Positions 25,583-38,586 of a stretch of DNA of 64,000 nucleotides are shown here, in pieces. Below the pieces are notes generated by a model. It saw only the letters and a program-made list of their open reading frames with translations. It had not been told where the DNA came from and ran no database searches. The first letter of the stretch is position 1, and each line of letters opens with the position of its first letter. The position numbers were made by a program, and so were the translations under genes. Origin of the DNA: Phoronis australis (lineage: Eukaryota > Animalia > Phoronida); contig NMRA01000230.1 of assembly GCA_002633005.1 (NCBI GenBank), positions 1 through 64,000 on the forward strand, given 5' to 3'.

Positions 25583-26902
25583 ATTTCTGAAATTGCCCAA
25601 AAGTGGCCTGGAAGTAATAACTATTTTATGATGGTAAAATGTCTAAATCAAAAGTTGTTTTATGCGATTTTAGGCGAGTTTATGTCCACTTCAAATGATT
25701 TTTTGTTACAGTACTGAAAAGTATTGGCACATTAGCTCTGGTGGCTCCTTGTTTTTTTTGGAGAATTGAAAATTTTATGGTTCCCATGGGTAATTTTGTT
25801 ACTGGTCCAGTTTGTATGTATGTACAGCTGTAATCGTAGGTCAATTGTAATGCAAACCATGTCGCAAAGGATTTTTTTCATGACAATTTTATTGTAAAAA
25901 TGCTGCCTAATTGGAACCGACAAGCCAATTTTTCATTTTGTGGTGGTTAGTTTTGATAAGAACATTGATGTGGTAAATACAGCTAAATCAAGTTTGTGAA
26001 GAAGAAATTTCCAGTGTTGTCAGCGACATTGCGAAATCACTTTTTCGCTGTGAGACTACATCACCTTAAATGTAATCCCTGACTTTATGGGCTTTGTGTG
26101 GTTGACTTTGTCCTGTAGCAATTGGAGTGTTGAAAAGATCTAGAAGGCAATTTTTATTAGAGTCATAACAGTTGCACTTTTGACTGCACAGTTATCTTTG
26201 CATTGTATTACAAAACATATTTTGTAGTACACAAGTCTGTGGTTGGTATTTTATATTTTTTCACAAGGAATATTTTCAACTTAGATGAGTTGTCTGTGAG
26301 GTAGGCAATTTTCAAATAAGATAATGAATAAAATTGTCAAACATTGTTATATTTTTAGATGTGTGATCTTCCAATAAATGATTACTTTTTAAAAGCCTGT
26401 CCAGAATTTGATTTTTACTCTTGATTTAAAGGAGAATAAATCCATAAACCTGCATTGTCTAGAAATTTTACTCAAGCTACATATTACAGGGTTGGGGATT
26501 GGAGGAGTCTGAACCCGTACCATGAGCAATACAACACAATACACAGATATAAAAAATTGATGTTTAGGTTCCACTGAAAGGATTCGTGTGCGCGGTAATA
26601 GTTACTAAGGTGCGTGGTTATTGTTTGTGGATACTTTGGGATTCCTCTTCTGTGGTCATCCACGGGAAACCTGGTCGCAAAGAGAACAATAGATTAGCAT
26701 CTCCATTGTTCCCGTTGTTATAATAAAGATATAATGACGAGCACATATCGGCAACGGTCTGATGTACGCAAGGTTCTATATCCATGCGACCTGTGTTGTT
26801 ATATCCAACAATGACACAACAAAGGAAAACAATGATAGGACCGATGGGCGAAAAACATGCGACGAGTTGCCACGGACAGTGATGGAGTTTCTCTTGTCAT
26901 TC
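25583..26902. repeat. ~1.3-kb repeat, inverted partner of 105-1355
   Basis: Reverse complement of 105-1355, with ~28 extra bp near 25615-25640. Confidence 0.92.
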
Positions 26903-27214
26903 AAATGTTTTTAGAGAACTGCAAACGTGGTATTTCGTCAGGAAAACGTCTGCGGTCTTTCGTTTTAAGCCGTGGGAAAAATTGCGGTCATGCAACCAAA
27001 GTTGTCATTCACTTGATATTACAATGCATTGCATGAACATTTGATCAACAGAAAATCTGACTTGAACATGTGTGAAGAAATACCCATGAGGAAATTGCAA
27101 GGTATAACAACTGTACATGTAAATCAAAATAACCTACATTTGTCGAGTTCATGTCTAACCCTGTTCACTGGGGAGGACATAATCGGCTTTTTACAAAATG
27201 GAGCCATGTATGGT

Positions 27215-27879
27215 ATTTAGGGGTACTATAGCCCTAAGTGGTAAGTAGTAAAACATTCAAAACATTCAGGAGGAACTAACTTGTTGCAAAATATCGAAAA
27301 ACATGAAGGACAATTTGATTTTACGGTGCTCACGCATCGATCTCAGATATATGAAAATTTCTCATTTTAGTACATTTGAGGTGCCAAAATGTATAACTAA
27401 TAAACTGGCTGACAAAGTTTTTATTTTATGCAATGAAAGTAACATGTTTTGTCAACATTTTGGCCAAGTTTCATTCTCATAGCAGTGGGGACAGATTCGG
27501 TACAGCAGTGTACAGAACACAACCTCAAAATGACATAACGTGGGGCAGTGTAGTAAAACTACTATATGAGGGTGGTAAATCGGAATCGTGTTTCAAGGCA
27601 TCTGTGTAACAATCTATAGGTACCACTAATCAATGCCATGTGAATAATAAATCAATAGCTTTCATTCAAGGAAAAATATAAACAGTTAAAACTGGACAGT
27701 TTTTATACCGTGAAAACATGGCTGCTGTGTTTGAGCCTATAACTTTGGAAAAACGAAATATTTTGAGGAAATATTTTACCGCTATTAATAGATCCCACGG
27801 GACTACCTATGTGCCAAATTTGGTGAAAATCGGCTGACCCCCACCTTGCCGCTGGATGGCTGGTGCTCTCGTGTACTAG
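27215..27879 (+). mobile_element. Putative Helitron-like non-autonomous element
   Basis: Starts TTAGGGGTACTATAGCCC; ends with GCCAAATTTGGTGAAAATCGG, a GC-rich subterminal stretch and CTAG|T; copy B begins immediately after. Confidence 0.4.
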
Positions 27880-29093
27880 TACTTAATGTCTAAATGACCA
27901 AACGTTAGGACTGTTATCACCGTAGAGTTTCGAGGAACAGATTTTGCTGATATTTTACACAATTTAATGTCCCTAAATTATTTCAAATTGCAAATCGTCT
28001 ATTTTCGATTCGAGAACTTGCAAAGGCCGTATACACCCATATAGACAGTGCAGGACGAGTTACCAGCACATTTGAAATGATACTGTATTTTCCAGACATA
28101 CGTGTACCAGAGACCGTATCTATTCGTCTTTGGCCATACCAGGGTCGTCTAAAGCAAGCGAGATCCCAACTGTACTCTAAGTGTAAATAGATTCCCATTG
28201 AGAACTGCTTCAAGACCAACATTATTCTTGAAACCGTATTTCACAAACTGCCTCTCTTATTTTTGTGAATTTGCAACAGGTGGCGAAAGCGTAGTTTGCA
28301 TGCTCACCTACACTGAAGACCAAAATTCCACTTTGTGTTCATGAAACAGTCTTTTTTAATTGTTGTCTTCGTTTTGAATTTAGCCCGAATCTTGGTCCTA
28401 ACTTTGACAAATTTTTGGTCTGAAGCCTAAAGTCAATTTTCATGAAAAGAGCTGCAAAAATTAAGTTATGACCGAAGACTAACTTTCAGAAAACCGGTTT
28501 CATCAACGGTAATTCCGTTTTTTGTTTTCGGTCGTAACTTGGACAAAAGTCGGATTTTGACAAACTTGAGCCTACAAACTACGGTTTCGCCACCTCTTGC
28601 GAATTCACTAAGCTAAGCGTACCGGTGTAGTGAAAGACGGTTTCAAAGAAATGTTGGTCCAGAAACTCAAAATGAGGATATGTTTACTGCAACGATTGTG
28701 ATTTTCGTTTACGTGAGAACGTCCTGGAATGGGATTTTTCTAAAACTCCTTGACCTCCTCGACCCCTACATCCCACTACTCCCTCGACCCACCATACGCT
28801 CGACCCACGGCCCACAACCCCCTCGACCTTGTCTACACAACCTCGACTCGGTCTGAATATAGAACAAACCAGTTCGGCGGGTCGCATTTCGGGCCTGGTC
28901 TGAGAAGTTTGTTGGGGGCTCATTAAGTCCTTATCAGCTGAACCAATCTAATTGAAACTTCACGGTGCATTAGCCAGTGGGGCCTGCTATGCATAGATAA
29001 TGATGACCTTCGCTCCAAGCAGGGAACTGCTTTCAAACTAAAGCCAGCATATTAAATTACACCAGTTTTAAGATTTAATATCCAGGTTGTTTA

Positions 29094-29755
29094 GGTGGCA
29101 CTGAACAGTTAGACTGCGGCCGCGGCCAGTTTGCACTCCCAAAAATATTAAAATCTAGGGGTAGGCCAGGCTTGGGGGCACTTTTATTTAGGTATTGTAT
29201 GTAAGTCAAGTGCATTTGGTTTGTTTGTATTTGTGAACATGCTGAAAATCAAAAAGGGCACTTTCTCGGCTGTAGCTGCACTCTTCTTCAAATTGGTGGC
29301 CCCCTGTTGCAGTTGTGCATTGCTGTGTAGCAACTGAAAATTGGCCGCGATTTCAGGTAGCCCTCAAACAAGCCAGATTTGCAAAAAAAACTAGTTGGTT
29401 GGCAGTACTTTTGGCCCACATTTTTGAAATTGGTAGGAAATTTGCTATCGGAATCTAATGTTGGCTTTAGTCGAGCGTCTGCAGGGAATTGGTGATCATG
29501 ATTTTGGAGTGAAATTGCCGATTTTGCATTTTTCCCTTATTTTCCTTAGTTCAGCTTGGTTTCCACTGGGAGTGAAAGGGTCAAAAATGCAAGAGAGTAC
29601 AAAGTTTCTGTGCTCTTCTGTAGGGTTTGTGATGTGAAATGACTCAATAGTTTTCTTTATTTGCATGCAGTTTTTGACAGAGTGATGAAAGGGTGAAGAG
29701 TCCATTGACGTGTGTTCTGATAGGCAAATCCCTGTGAGAACTGTTCAGTGCCTCC
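29094..29755 (-). mobile_element. Kolobok-type element (copy-B counterpart of 18980-19640)
   Basis: GGTGGCACTGAACAGTT...AACTGTTCAGTGCCTCC. Confidence 0.8.
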
Positions 29756-31093
29756 TTATCGCAGTGAGCCTCGCTTTGGATTTTAATGTCCGCCGCGTGA
29801 TTTAGGTCTATAGCCCGTACACGTCACGTGTTAAGACAAAGATACGAAACCAAGTAAGAAATGGATAACAAAAATCGAATCGGTGGTTAAAACATGTCGT
29901 TAGCATGAAATTGAAACATGGAAATGTCAGTTTATTAATTGAATGAAGGAATTAGGGTGAGGATTTATCCCTTTTCACAATTTGCTGTGTTCATGACCAC
30001 AGAGGCTTGAAGCGACTTTAGCATTCGTTCTCAACGCCAGCGGTCGTATGCATGTAGACGCACAACTCCTTAGGATCAAAACTACGTTTTGTCTTCGTTT
30101 ACTCAATATTATGACGACTTTGTGAATGAAAGGACTGAGGGTATACGAAGCTGTTCTGTACCTGGCGGGAGATTTTATTTGATTGAAAACCTTTTAACCT
30201 TTGGCCTCGGATAAGTAGTAAACAAATATCCACGCTGTTGTGAGTTTCCAAGGTGATTCTGTTAAATCTTTTTTTTCTCACTACGCAGTATATATTTATT
30301 ATTTGAAGTTCCCCGAGAATGGAGATAAGGTATCTAACTTGACACATGGGAAATATTGTAAAAAACGGCCATTTTTGTGAATTAGGTTGGAGATAACCTT
30401 AACTTATCTAGCAATTGTCCTGATCTCTGTTGTCATTCAGAATACTTGTCAAAATATAACGATAGAGAGTGTACACCAATGTGTTCAACAGAGAAAATCG
30501 ACGTGTTTTGAATCAAGTTTGCACTAATTAATCAGTGAAAAAGTTATAAACTATTATTCGCGCAGTATCGATTTTGTAAAAGTTTTAGATGTGCAAAATT
30601 TACTAGAATCTGAATTCATTTGTGCAAACTACCAGTGTATAAAGTAAACCACTTCTATTACGTCTTCAACTGATTTTACTTTTTCTATAGAATCTTGAAT
30701 TTATAATAAATAAAGGTATCGACCGAGGAAATAACAGGTATTCAACGAATTTATAAATACTTAATTTTATCTATTTTTCTGGCATGTGTCAAGAAATAAG
30801 TTTTCTATTGGAAAATAAAGTTTCGGATTTCAAAGTTGTCCCTTTCCGTAAATGGCTTTAGCGTCCGTCCGGTGGCAGGAGTTTTATTGACAAAATCCTG
30901 AAAGGTGTTGATTTTTTGCAAAAAAATGTTAACCCCACGATTAGATTTTATGTACTTGATCAATTTTTTCATTTACTTATTTTATTGCTTACAAGTAACC
31001 TTTTCCCTCGATCCGCAACGGCCGCTCTCTCCCGGCTTTCCGTTTATCATAGAATAACAATCAGTTAAATTTCCTATGCGGTGCAGCGCTTTG

Positions 31094-31100
31094 TATAAAA
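31094..31100 (+). promoter_or_regulatory. TATA box of lectin-like gene B
   Basis: TATAAAA ahead of the ATG at 31153. Confidence 0.75.
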
Positions 31101-31152
31101 CGCCGTACAAACGAGTCACATTTGCAAACCACCGAACAGCTCTTGACTGAAG

Positions 31153-31225
31153 ATGGCAAACTTGAAGCTGCTGTACGCGTTTTCGTTGTTGTTGGTAAAT
31201 TTTGTTGTACATGGAGCTGCAAAAT
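31153..31225 (+). CDS. Secreted compact C-type-lectin-like protein B, exon 1 (signal peptide)
   Basis: ATG GCA AAC TTG AAG CTG CTG TAC...GCA AAA T|GTAAGT; nucleotide-identical to copy A exon 1. Confidence 0.85.
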
Positions 31226-32145
31226 GTAAGTATTTACCTTTATTGAAATCAACATTATGGCCGGCAATGTACATGTACATGCGTATCTATTCCTGATTGG
31301 CCCGACACTGGTCGAAAGATGAATAGCTGGTTACATATTGTGTGGTGCTCCAGCCCTACATGTATTTTCTCACCAGACGTCGCTTTGCGGTGAGACGTCT
31401 GGAGCATAGACATCACATAGACCGGGCGCGCGCCATTCAGATACACGAATCTCGCATTTTCACGAAAGACGTCGCTCTACTCGGTTGGCTACTAGTCTTT
31501 CACATATGGCACATCACATTTACAAAATACTGCGAAAAACGGATGATGAGGCTGGATCTCGCGAGATCATATCAGTTCGTATCCGCGTCAAATAAACAGA
31601 AAATCGTTTCGTCAGTGTTGTATTTTGAATGAGTTTTGTAGCAGTTAGGCATAAGTTCTTAAAAATGGTAATTATAATCCTTGTAGATGAGAAATTCCGT
31701 AATTGTCGACTCGTTTATGTATCAAAGTAAAAACTTATCTCCCTTGTCATGGATACTCGGGGAATTCCCTGTCAAAGGAATCCCCGAGTAGAATCGCGAC
31801 GAATGCAGACGATATTGGAGTACCTGTAGTATTAATTGAAGCAATTTTAAAACGAAAAACGTCATTGAAACGATTTAATTATCACTAAGTGAACATAAAA
31901 GGTTCACTGTGCGATTAGAATAAAACTAGCAGAAGAAGCACAGTTGACAAGTCAACTAATTGCGCTATTGACGTTCCCACACTGAACTGCAGTTTGTTTG
32001 CTTATTAGCCCTGTAGTTCACCAAACTTTGGTAGATCTTTGCCGTGCACTAATTACAATACCAGAACAGCAACATTTTTACAAGACATTAGTGATGATGA
32101 TACTGATGATGAAGAAACTAGTGGTGACGTTTTGTAGTACTGTTC

Positions 32146-32457
32146 CAGTGGCGGATCAGGGACCAGAAAGGGGGCCCCCAACACGTTGCCTCGAGGAATT
32201 GGGCAGCAGAGCGTGGTTGTGTGTGTATAGGCATCCCGAAAGTTGCGGGGGCCCGCAGCATGAACCTTCTGTTCCGAAAATCTATCGACTAAAAGAAATT
32301 TAAAAAATAAAGAAACGGGAACGAGAGCCCGCCACGATCTGGGGTCTGAGTCCCCCCACTTCTCCAGTACCAGTCCTAGTTATATTTCCTCACGCTTCGC
32401 GCTGTTGCTGTTTCATTTTGCTTGCGGCAGCCCCTGCCCCTCCTTAATCCGGCTATG
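32146..32457. mobile_element. hAT-like MITE, 5-bp TSD TGTTC
   Basis: CAGTGGCGGATCAGGG...CCTTAATCCGGCTATG; TGTTC at 32141-32145 and 32458-32462. Confidence 0.85.
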
Positions 32458-33340
32458 TGTTCCAATTAGTGATACAATTAAAGGATATTATCAAGTAGTG
32501 TACATGTATGCTAACCCTGAGGCTCTGACATCAACAAGTGATGGTGTGAGACGCTTGCAAAACAAGGTATTATCTCCTAAAACAAGGAATTAGCTTCCAA
32601 CGTGGCAATTGTGGTAATCAACAAAGGACACATTGTGTTAGAATGGTGAGTTTAATGCAGCCAAAAAATCTTTCAATAACATCTATTTGTATCACAACAG
32701 GTTTCACAGCACCAATTTTTATGCCTTTTCTAATACCCAGAATTTTCAAATCTGAGCCTAGAAGTTTTACGAAAATCTGGGAAAGCTGCCAGAAATAATC
32801 AAAAACATAAATTTATTCAATGCAGATGCACTAAATTAAAAAGGAACCCAACAGCCCTTTTAGGCCACCCTGAAGTACAAAAATTGGGACAGAGTCGGAA
32901 ATCCACCTCTGATTCATTTAAATAAGATTTTCATGGGTGATTTTACTGTCAAAATTGCCCTTTAATTTTTGATAGAGTAACACCATCAGTGATAGTGTTA
33001 TCAAAGCAACGAGAGTGCAGAGAACATGATGTAGGCATGCATTCTTAACCTTAACTATATATAGGAAATCCAAAATCTATAACATTTTAAATGTTTATGT
33101 AAAAGTAATTCTGTATTATACATTGACGTTAGATGCTGAAGACGCAATTCTAACGTTTCATTATCTCTTTAAACCATTTATTTTTTCCAAAACATATGTA
33201 AACAATAACGTTTTATCACATGGCACAAGTTCCCTTGGTATGTACCAGTTTAACCAACTAAAATATTATTCTTTGATCAAAACCCCTTTAAGTATATTAA
33301 GCACTGAGATCATTCAGTGGCTAACTCACTATGCACATGN

Positions 33341-33397
33341 ACACACACACACACAAACACACACACAAACACACACAAACACACACACACACACACA
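33341..33397. repeat. (CA)n microsatellite
   Basis: ACACAC... with CAAA interruptions. Confidence 0.95.
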
Positions 33398-35992
33398 TTT
33401 CTTGTGAAAAAAATGCTCAGAGCTTACATCTCCTTAACCACACGAGTACTGCCACTATTATCTGCTTCAGAGTCATTAACTGAAATGGACTATTGATATC
33501 TGTTGTCACTTATGATTTCGTCACTGACATTTTTAAAGATGGTGTAAACTACCACACCATCACAAAAGATAAAAAAGCAAACAATAAATTGCCATCACTT
33601 TTACAACCTTTTTTTCTTAAAACAGATCCTCTTATAAACAAGAACAGTCATCCACCAGTTTTACAGTTAACTACATACTGAATTTCAAAAATTAATTATG
33701 CAAAAATTCTCTAGTTTGGGACAGTGAATAATTATTTTGATCGAAGTCGGAGCTTGTCCCAATTTTTAGAAATTCACACAATTGTCTGTCAGAAATTCAA
33801 GGGGAATGGTAACAATTTATTAAATGTTTGTCATGAGGGTCACTTTTTATGAACTTACAGGAGTATTCTTGCAACATTCTATGCTACAACATAGCGTTAG
33901 GAATTTGAAAAGTACGAAAATATACAAATCACTCACGCCTCAAATTTCAGGACGAAAAAATTAAATTTCAGCCGTGATTCCTGTGTTCTGAATTTAGGAG
34001 CTGTCTCAATCTGGAGAATTTTTAATTTAATATATCACCTATCTAATTGCTATCATCAACTATGTCACCTTTGCTAAAAATATACCTTAAAAAGAATTAT
34101 AAGCTATAAATGTGATCCATCTGAAATATGTTCACCATTGCCAGCATGATGAGGATTTTTGGCAAACATCATGTATCCCATACATTATGGCTACAGTGAA
34201 GTCATTCTTAGTCACAGCAATATGAAGTGAATGACACACAGAAGTCGTAGCCCATAAGGACGATTTTCCACTCCTTTCAAAAATTTCCAAAGAAGCAGCT
34301 TCTCATCCAGGTCCCTCATGGGAAGTCTAAGAACACTTTTTCTGAAGTTTTGCAAAGATCATCCAAAGATGTACTGATTTTAAACAACAGTTTCCGATCA
34401 AGTTGCTCAGTTGAGTCTTTAGACACGTTTGACAGGAAAGGGTTGGATTATTGATAATCTTCAACAGTTCACAACAGTTGTTCAGTAACATTTACATTGA
34501 TTCAAAAACGCGATAGGCCTATTGCCTGAACCAGAAATCGCGAACCACCATGTTTACAAAAGCGCCGTCTACCGCGCAAAATGATAGAAGTGAACTACTT
34601 TCGCGCAGGCAAATGTACATGTACTCCATATGAGTAAGATAATACACGCAGTGTTGGCTTACATGTACGTAGTAAATAATGAAGCTCGCGTTGTCAATAT
34701 GACGCCATATTGGAGAGTGTTACACAGGATAAAATGGCGGAAAACACTGGGAGCCCTACGGCATCAATCAGAAAATACGGTGGCTCGCAGTGTGATGCCT
34801 GCAGCCAGAGAGTTAATTTTTTGGTCCTGCCCTTGAGTCATGGATTTTTTGGTTCGGCCATGGAGCTTAATGGTGCTGCAACTAGGTTTTTATGTTCTGC
34901 CACCACAGTTTAAGCCAAGCGACTATGCGTTGTTTCCACATCAGTCTTGGTGATTGAGGCCATATAAGTTCAATTAAAAAGATAGTTACTGACCAGCATA
35001 AGCTGTTATCCAATGATGGTGCTGTTTGTTAATTATAATTAAGTAAATATTTGGCATTAATGACAATCATATATATTTTTACTCGTACTGAAAAATAACA
35101 TCCCCGAACTTTCTCGTTAGCCTTCAAAATCAGTACATGTACATGAATAATGTTCTCTATCGAAATATATTATGCTTTAAAAACTAATTTTTTAATATGT
35201 ATTACAAAATCAGATGTTTTCTTTTGTATAAATACAAACAACTCTCTGCAAAATCTGTACTTATGTCGAAGTTGATATTGGAAATTTTGTAGATTTGCAC
35301 TGCTCGCTTACGAGCTCTTTGCTTTGCGACTCAAAACTTGCGCAAAAAGTAGAGTGTATAGTAACCAAAATATCAAACCTGTACGACTGAATTGCGCAAC
35401 CGAGCTATAGTGTACCCAAAATACAGAATTTCCCACTCGAAACCGAGTGGAAATATACCCAACCGACCCGATGTAGCGTTAAATAATGACCTCGTGAAAA
35501 ATGACACCAGTTAGTTTTTTCACAAGGTCTAAATTTAATGTGAAGAATTTTCAGCCCATAAAAAATTACCTCACGTCCGTAAAAACCTGTCTCGTCATTA
35601 TTCAACGGTTCCCCCGCAACAGGGGGTTAGGATAAGTAGACACGTTATCCGCAATTGGCGATCTTTCAACAATTTTCGATACGCGAATGTTTAGGTATCG
35701 GGGTCACCTGAGTTGGCGCGCGGCAAGGGAAATCTTGCGTTTTCAATATTTTCGCAATTTGGGAATGGAAGTACTGAACGGCGTCCAGACCAGGAATATG
35801 GTGTGGGGAAGCTGGGCTGAAGCGAAAACAATTAGTATTTTTCTTGTCGTCCTTCATTCAGTTGCCAAAATTAGCAACTCTGGCCATTTTTGCACTGCTC
35901 GTGCCAGGATGTAATATTTGACTACTGAACTGCATGAAGATCAACCCAAAGTACTTCTCCACATGTTTTCTTGTGCTTTGATATCATTTTAG

Positions 35993-36152
35993 GTTCCGGA
36001 TACACGGAAGTTGATTCTTGGAATGTCGTTAAAGTCCATGCTGGGATGATGACCTACGAGGATGCCACGGTTGAGTGCATTGATAGCGTAAATGGGAAAT
36101 CGGCTGCGGATTTATTTGTTGGCTTACCGTATCATCTTACAAACATCGGACT
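35993..36152 (+). CDS. Secreted compact C-type-lectin-like protein B, exon 2
   Basis: ATCATTTTAG|GTTCCGGA...GGACT|GTGAGT; 160 bp; CSGYTEVDSWNVVKVHAGMMTYEDATVECIDSVNGKSAADLFVGLPYHLTNIGL. Confidence 0.85.
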
Positions 36153-37130
36153 GTGAGTGGTGATAATCAATCTTAAATCGAGACTATTTAAAGCAATATA
36201 ATTGACTAATAAAGTAGATGTCGGATGCATTATAATGAAGCGCCCAGAGTCAAGATAAAGTGTTCGTAGTTAAAATTTGTCATTATTTTTGTTTAGTTCC
36301 TTTACCTAGCACCACAGGAAGCTTGGCATGACACCATTTGATAGGTATGGCGAGAGCGATCCAACATAGCCGCCAAGCAGTCTAGTTTTCACTGATTAAA
36401 ACTTTTGCAACTGTTAAAAACACACTTCGGATCGTTAATCAGAGGCGTCTTTGTTAAGTTCACGTTTGCTTGGTGAGGATAGGTCCAATATATAAGAATG
36501 ACGTCGTCTGATCTAAGCAGCGTGCCTCCTATTTCACAGCTCACTTATAAGACTATCCCACGTACAAGTCTGCTCCAATGCGCAAGCTCGCACTGGCCTC
36601 GTATCGAGTGAAAATAACACAGAGGGGTACGAAAGTAAATGTTGGATTTGCAATATCACATCACGCCCACATAATAAAATCTGCACCTCTGGAGCTTCTA
36701 CTAGCAGCACAAAACTTTCAACCAATCAGTTTCCCCAATTTACAAAGTCTTGCACGTTGTTAGGCTACTTTCTCTTGATACAAATTGGTCATCGGGGTAG
36801 CCGTTCGGTGAGCTGTTGAATTTGAAACACATTGCCTAGATCACAGGCGTCTCCCGCTTCTGATAAAAGGTACAAGGAATTCTACGGGTGCTTCACTTCA
36901 GCCGTCCATATCAAACACAAAACTCAGAATTATCCGAGGAGTTACGGAAAGTCACGACATCGGTAACTCTACACTTAGCCAGACGATTTTGTAACCTTCC
37001 GTGATGAACAGGCAATTTGCCGTCTATCTGTAACACATAGGATAATTCCGTACCGTCCTTGACCTCGAGCAGTCAAAGGAGGAAGTGCGCGTGGGCTTTT
37101 TGGGAACATTTTTGTGCTTTGAATGCGACG

Positions 37131-37846
37131 CATAGGCGGATTTAGGGGGGGCCCAGGGGGCCCGGGCCCCCCCCACCCTTGGCTGCCGCAAAAAAAAATA
37201 AAACAGTAAGAGCGTAGGGAAATGGTGAGTTTATTAATTANAAGCTGCTGGTAAGATGTGAATTTTAATCGAAGCCTTAGTGAATCACTCAGAAACTCGC
37301 AATACTCTCTTTGTCAAACCTTATCTTGACTTAAGACGGTTTCCAAAGCAATCCCGTCATTATTGCCAATACGAAAAATGGATTTGGTCTTTTGGGCATT
37401 TGAAGACTATTTCAAATATGACAAATTTGTTAAGAATTGATGGCACAAAATATAAAAGTGTAATAAGCATTACAAAAAGAAGTAGGTTTCGCGCGCAAAC
37501 GCTGTGGCCCAGAAACAAGTAAGTCTTTTAGTATGTCAGTTGTAGTTAAATCGCGGTGGTGTAGTGGTAGCGTACGTGCGCTCTAATTGCCAGGTCGTGA
37601 GTTCGAGTCTTTGAAACCTGCATTTTTTTCCTGGTTGACACGTTCTCCGTGTTTTTTTTTTTCTTGGATAATACTTCAGGAATCAATGAAAATGCTTGAT
37701 TTTTAGAGGTAAAAACAGAAAAATTTCCTCGACCTCCCCCCATTCGGTGCTATGCGCATCTACAATTGTGGTTCAGTTTGCGCAAATGCTTCCAGCCGGA
37801 CAAAATGTTGGGCCCCCCCCCTTGTGATATCCTAGATCCGCCACTG
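37131..37846. mobile_element. hAT-like MITE in intron 2 of gene B, 5-bp TSD CGACG/CGACT
   Basis: CATAGGCGGATTTAGG...CCTAGATCCGCCACTG; empty site GAATGCGACTTTG in copy A (~14626-14638, minus strand). Confidence 0.85.
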
Positions 37847-38280
37847 CGACTTTGTTGCAAACTCGCTTGAGCAGGACACCGTGAATGGTATTAGAAGAAA
37901 GAATAATTGCTAATTGTTTAAACTGTGTTTTGTGTAAATGTATTGAATTTTGTGTTTGATATGGATGGCTGAAGTGAAACACCAGTGGGATTCCTTGTCC
38001 CGAGTGTCATACCTTGCAGTATTGTATATAGTGTTTTGGGGGCGATCAGAAGCTGAGAACGCCTGTGACAACGAACATCTAATTGGAATGGATACCTCTC
38101 ACTAACGATCTGAATTGTATTTTTAGTAAATGCACTTCCTTTTGTCAGTGAAAACTTACCTGCTCGGAGGCCATTTTGGATGCTCATGCATACCTCACAT
38201 TACTGTGTCACGTCGAGCAGCTGTGTGGCGCATTAAACTAAGCGGGAACTTTACTGATGGCCCCAAATGGTCCTTTTCAG

Positions 38281-38405
38281 GCAAGTGGACACGTGGTACA
38301 TGATGTATGGTGGAATTCGGTTCAAGATAAACAACGACCGTACAGTTACGTCTGAGAACATTAGAAATATTTTCGACGACACTTACCCATTCATTTGTCA
38401 GTGCT
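38281..38405 (+). CDS. Secreted compact C-type-lectin-like protein B, exon 3
   Basis: TACTGAT branch-like site; TCCTTTTCAG|G...TGCT|GTAAGT; QVDTWYMMYGGIRFKINNDRTVTSENIRNIFDDTYPFICQC. Confidence 0.85.
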
Positions 38406-38414
38406 GTAAGTACA

Positions 38415-38426
38415 TGTGTGTGTGGC

Positions 38427-38462
<36 letters not shown>
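38415..38462. repeat. (TG)n microsatellite in intron 3, expanded relative to copy A
   Basis: TGTGTG run; only a short TG tract at the equivalent A site (~14016-14022). Confidence 0.95.
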
Positions 38463-38465
<3 letters not shown>

Positions 38466-38586
38466 TCGTTCGCGCGTGCATGCTCACGTGCGTGTGTCAG
38501 TTTGTCTTACCTATGTGTCTGAGTGCGATGACACTCGATCCAAAACAAGTGCAGTTGATTAGTACATATCCCGTTTTGTCTCTTAG

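Larger units (their letters stand above)
31447..34678. other. ~3.2-kb sequence present only in intron 1 of copy B
   Basis: Copy A reads CAGATACATGAAGCTCGCG contiguously; in B the two halves are at ~31445 and ~34679; no clear TIRs. Confidence 0.75.
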
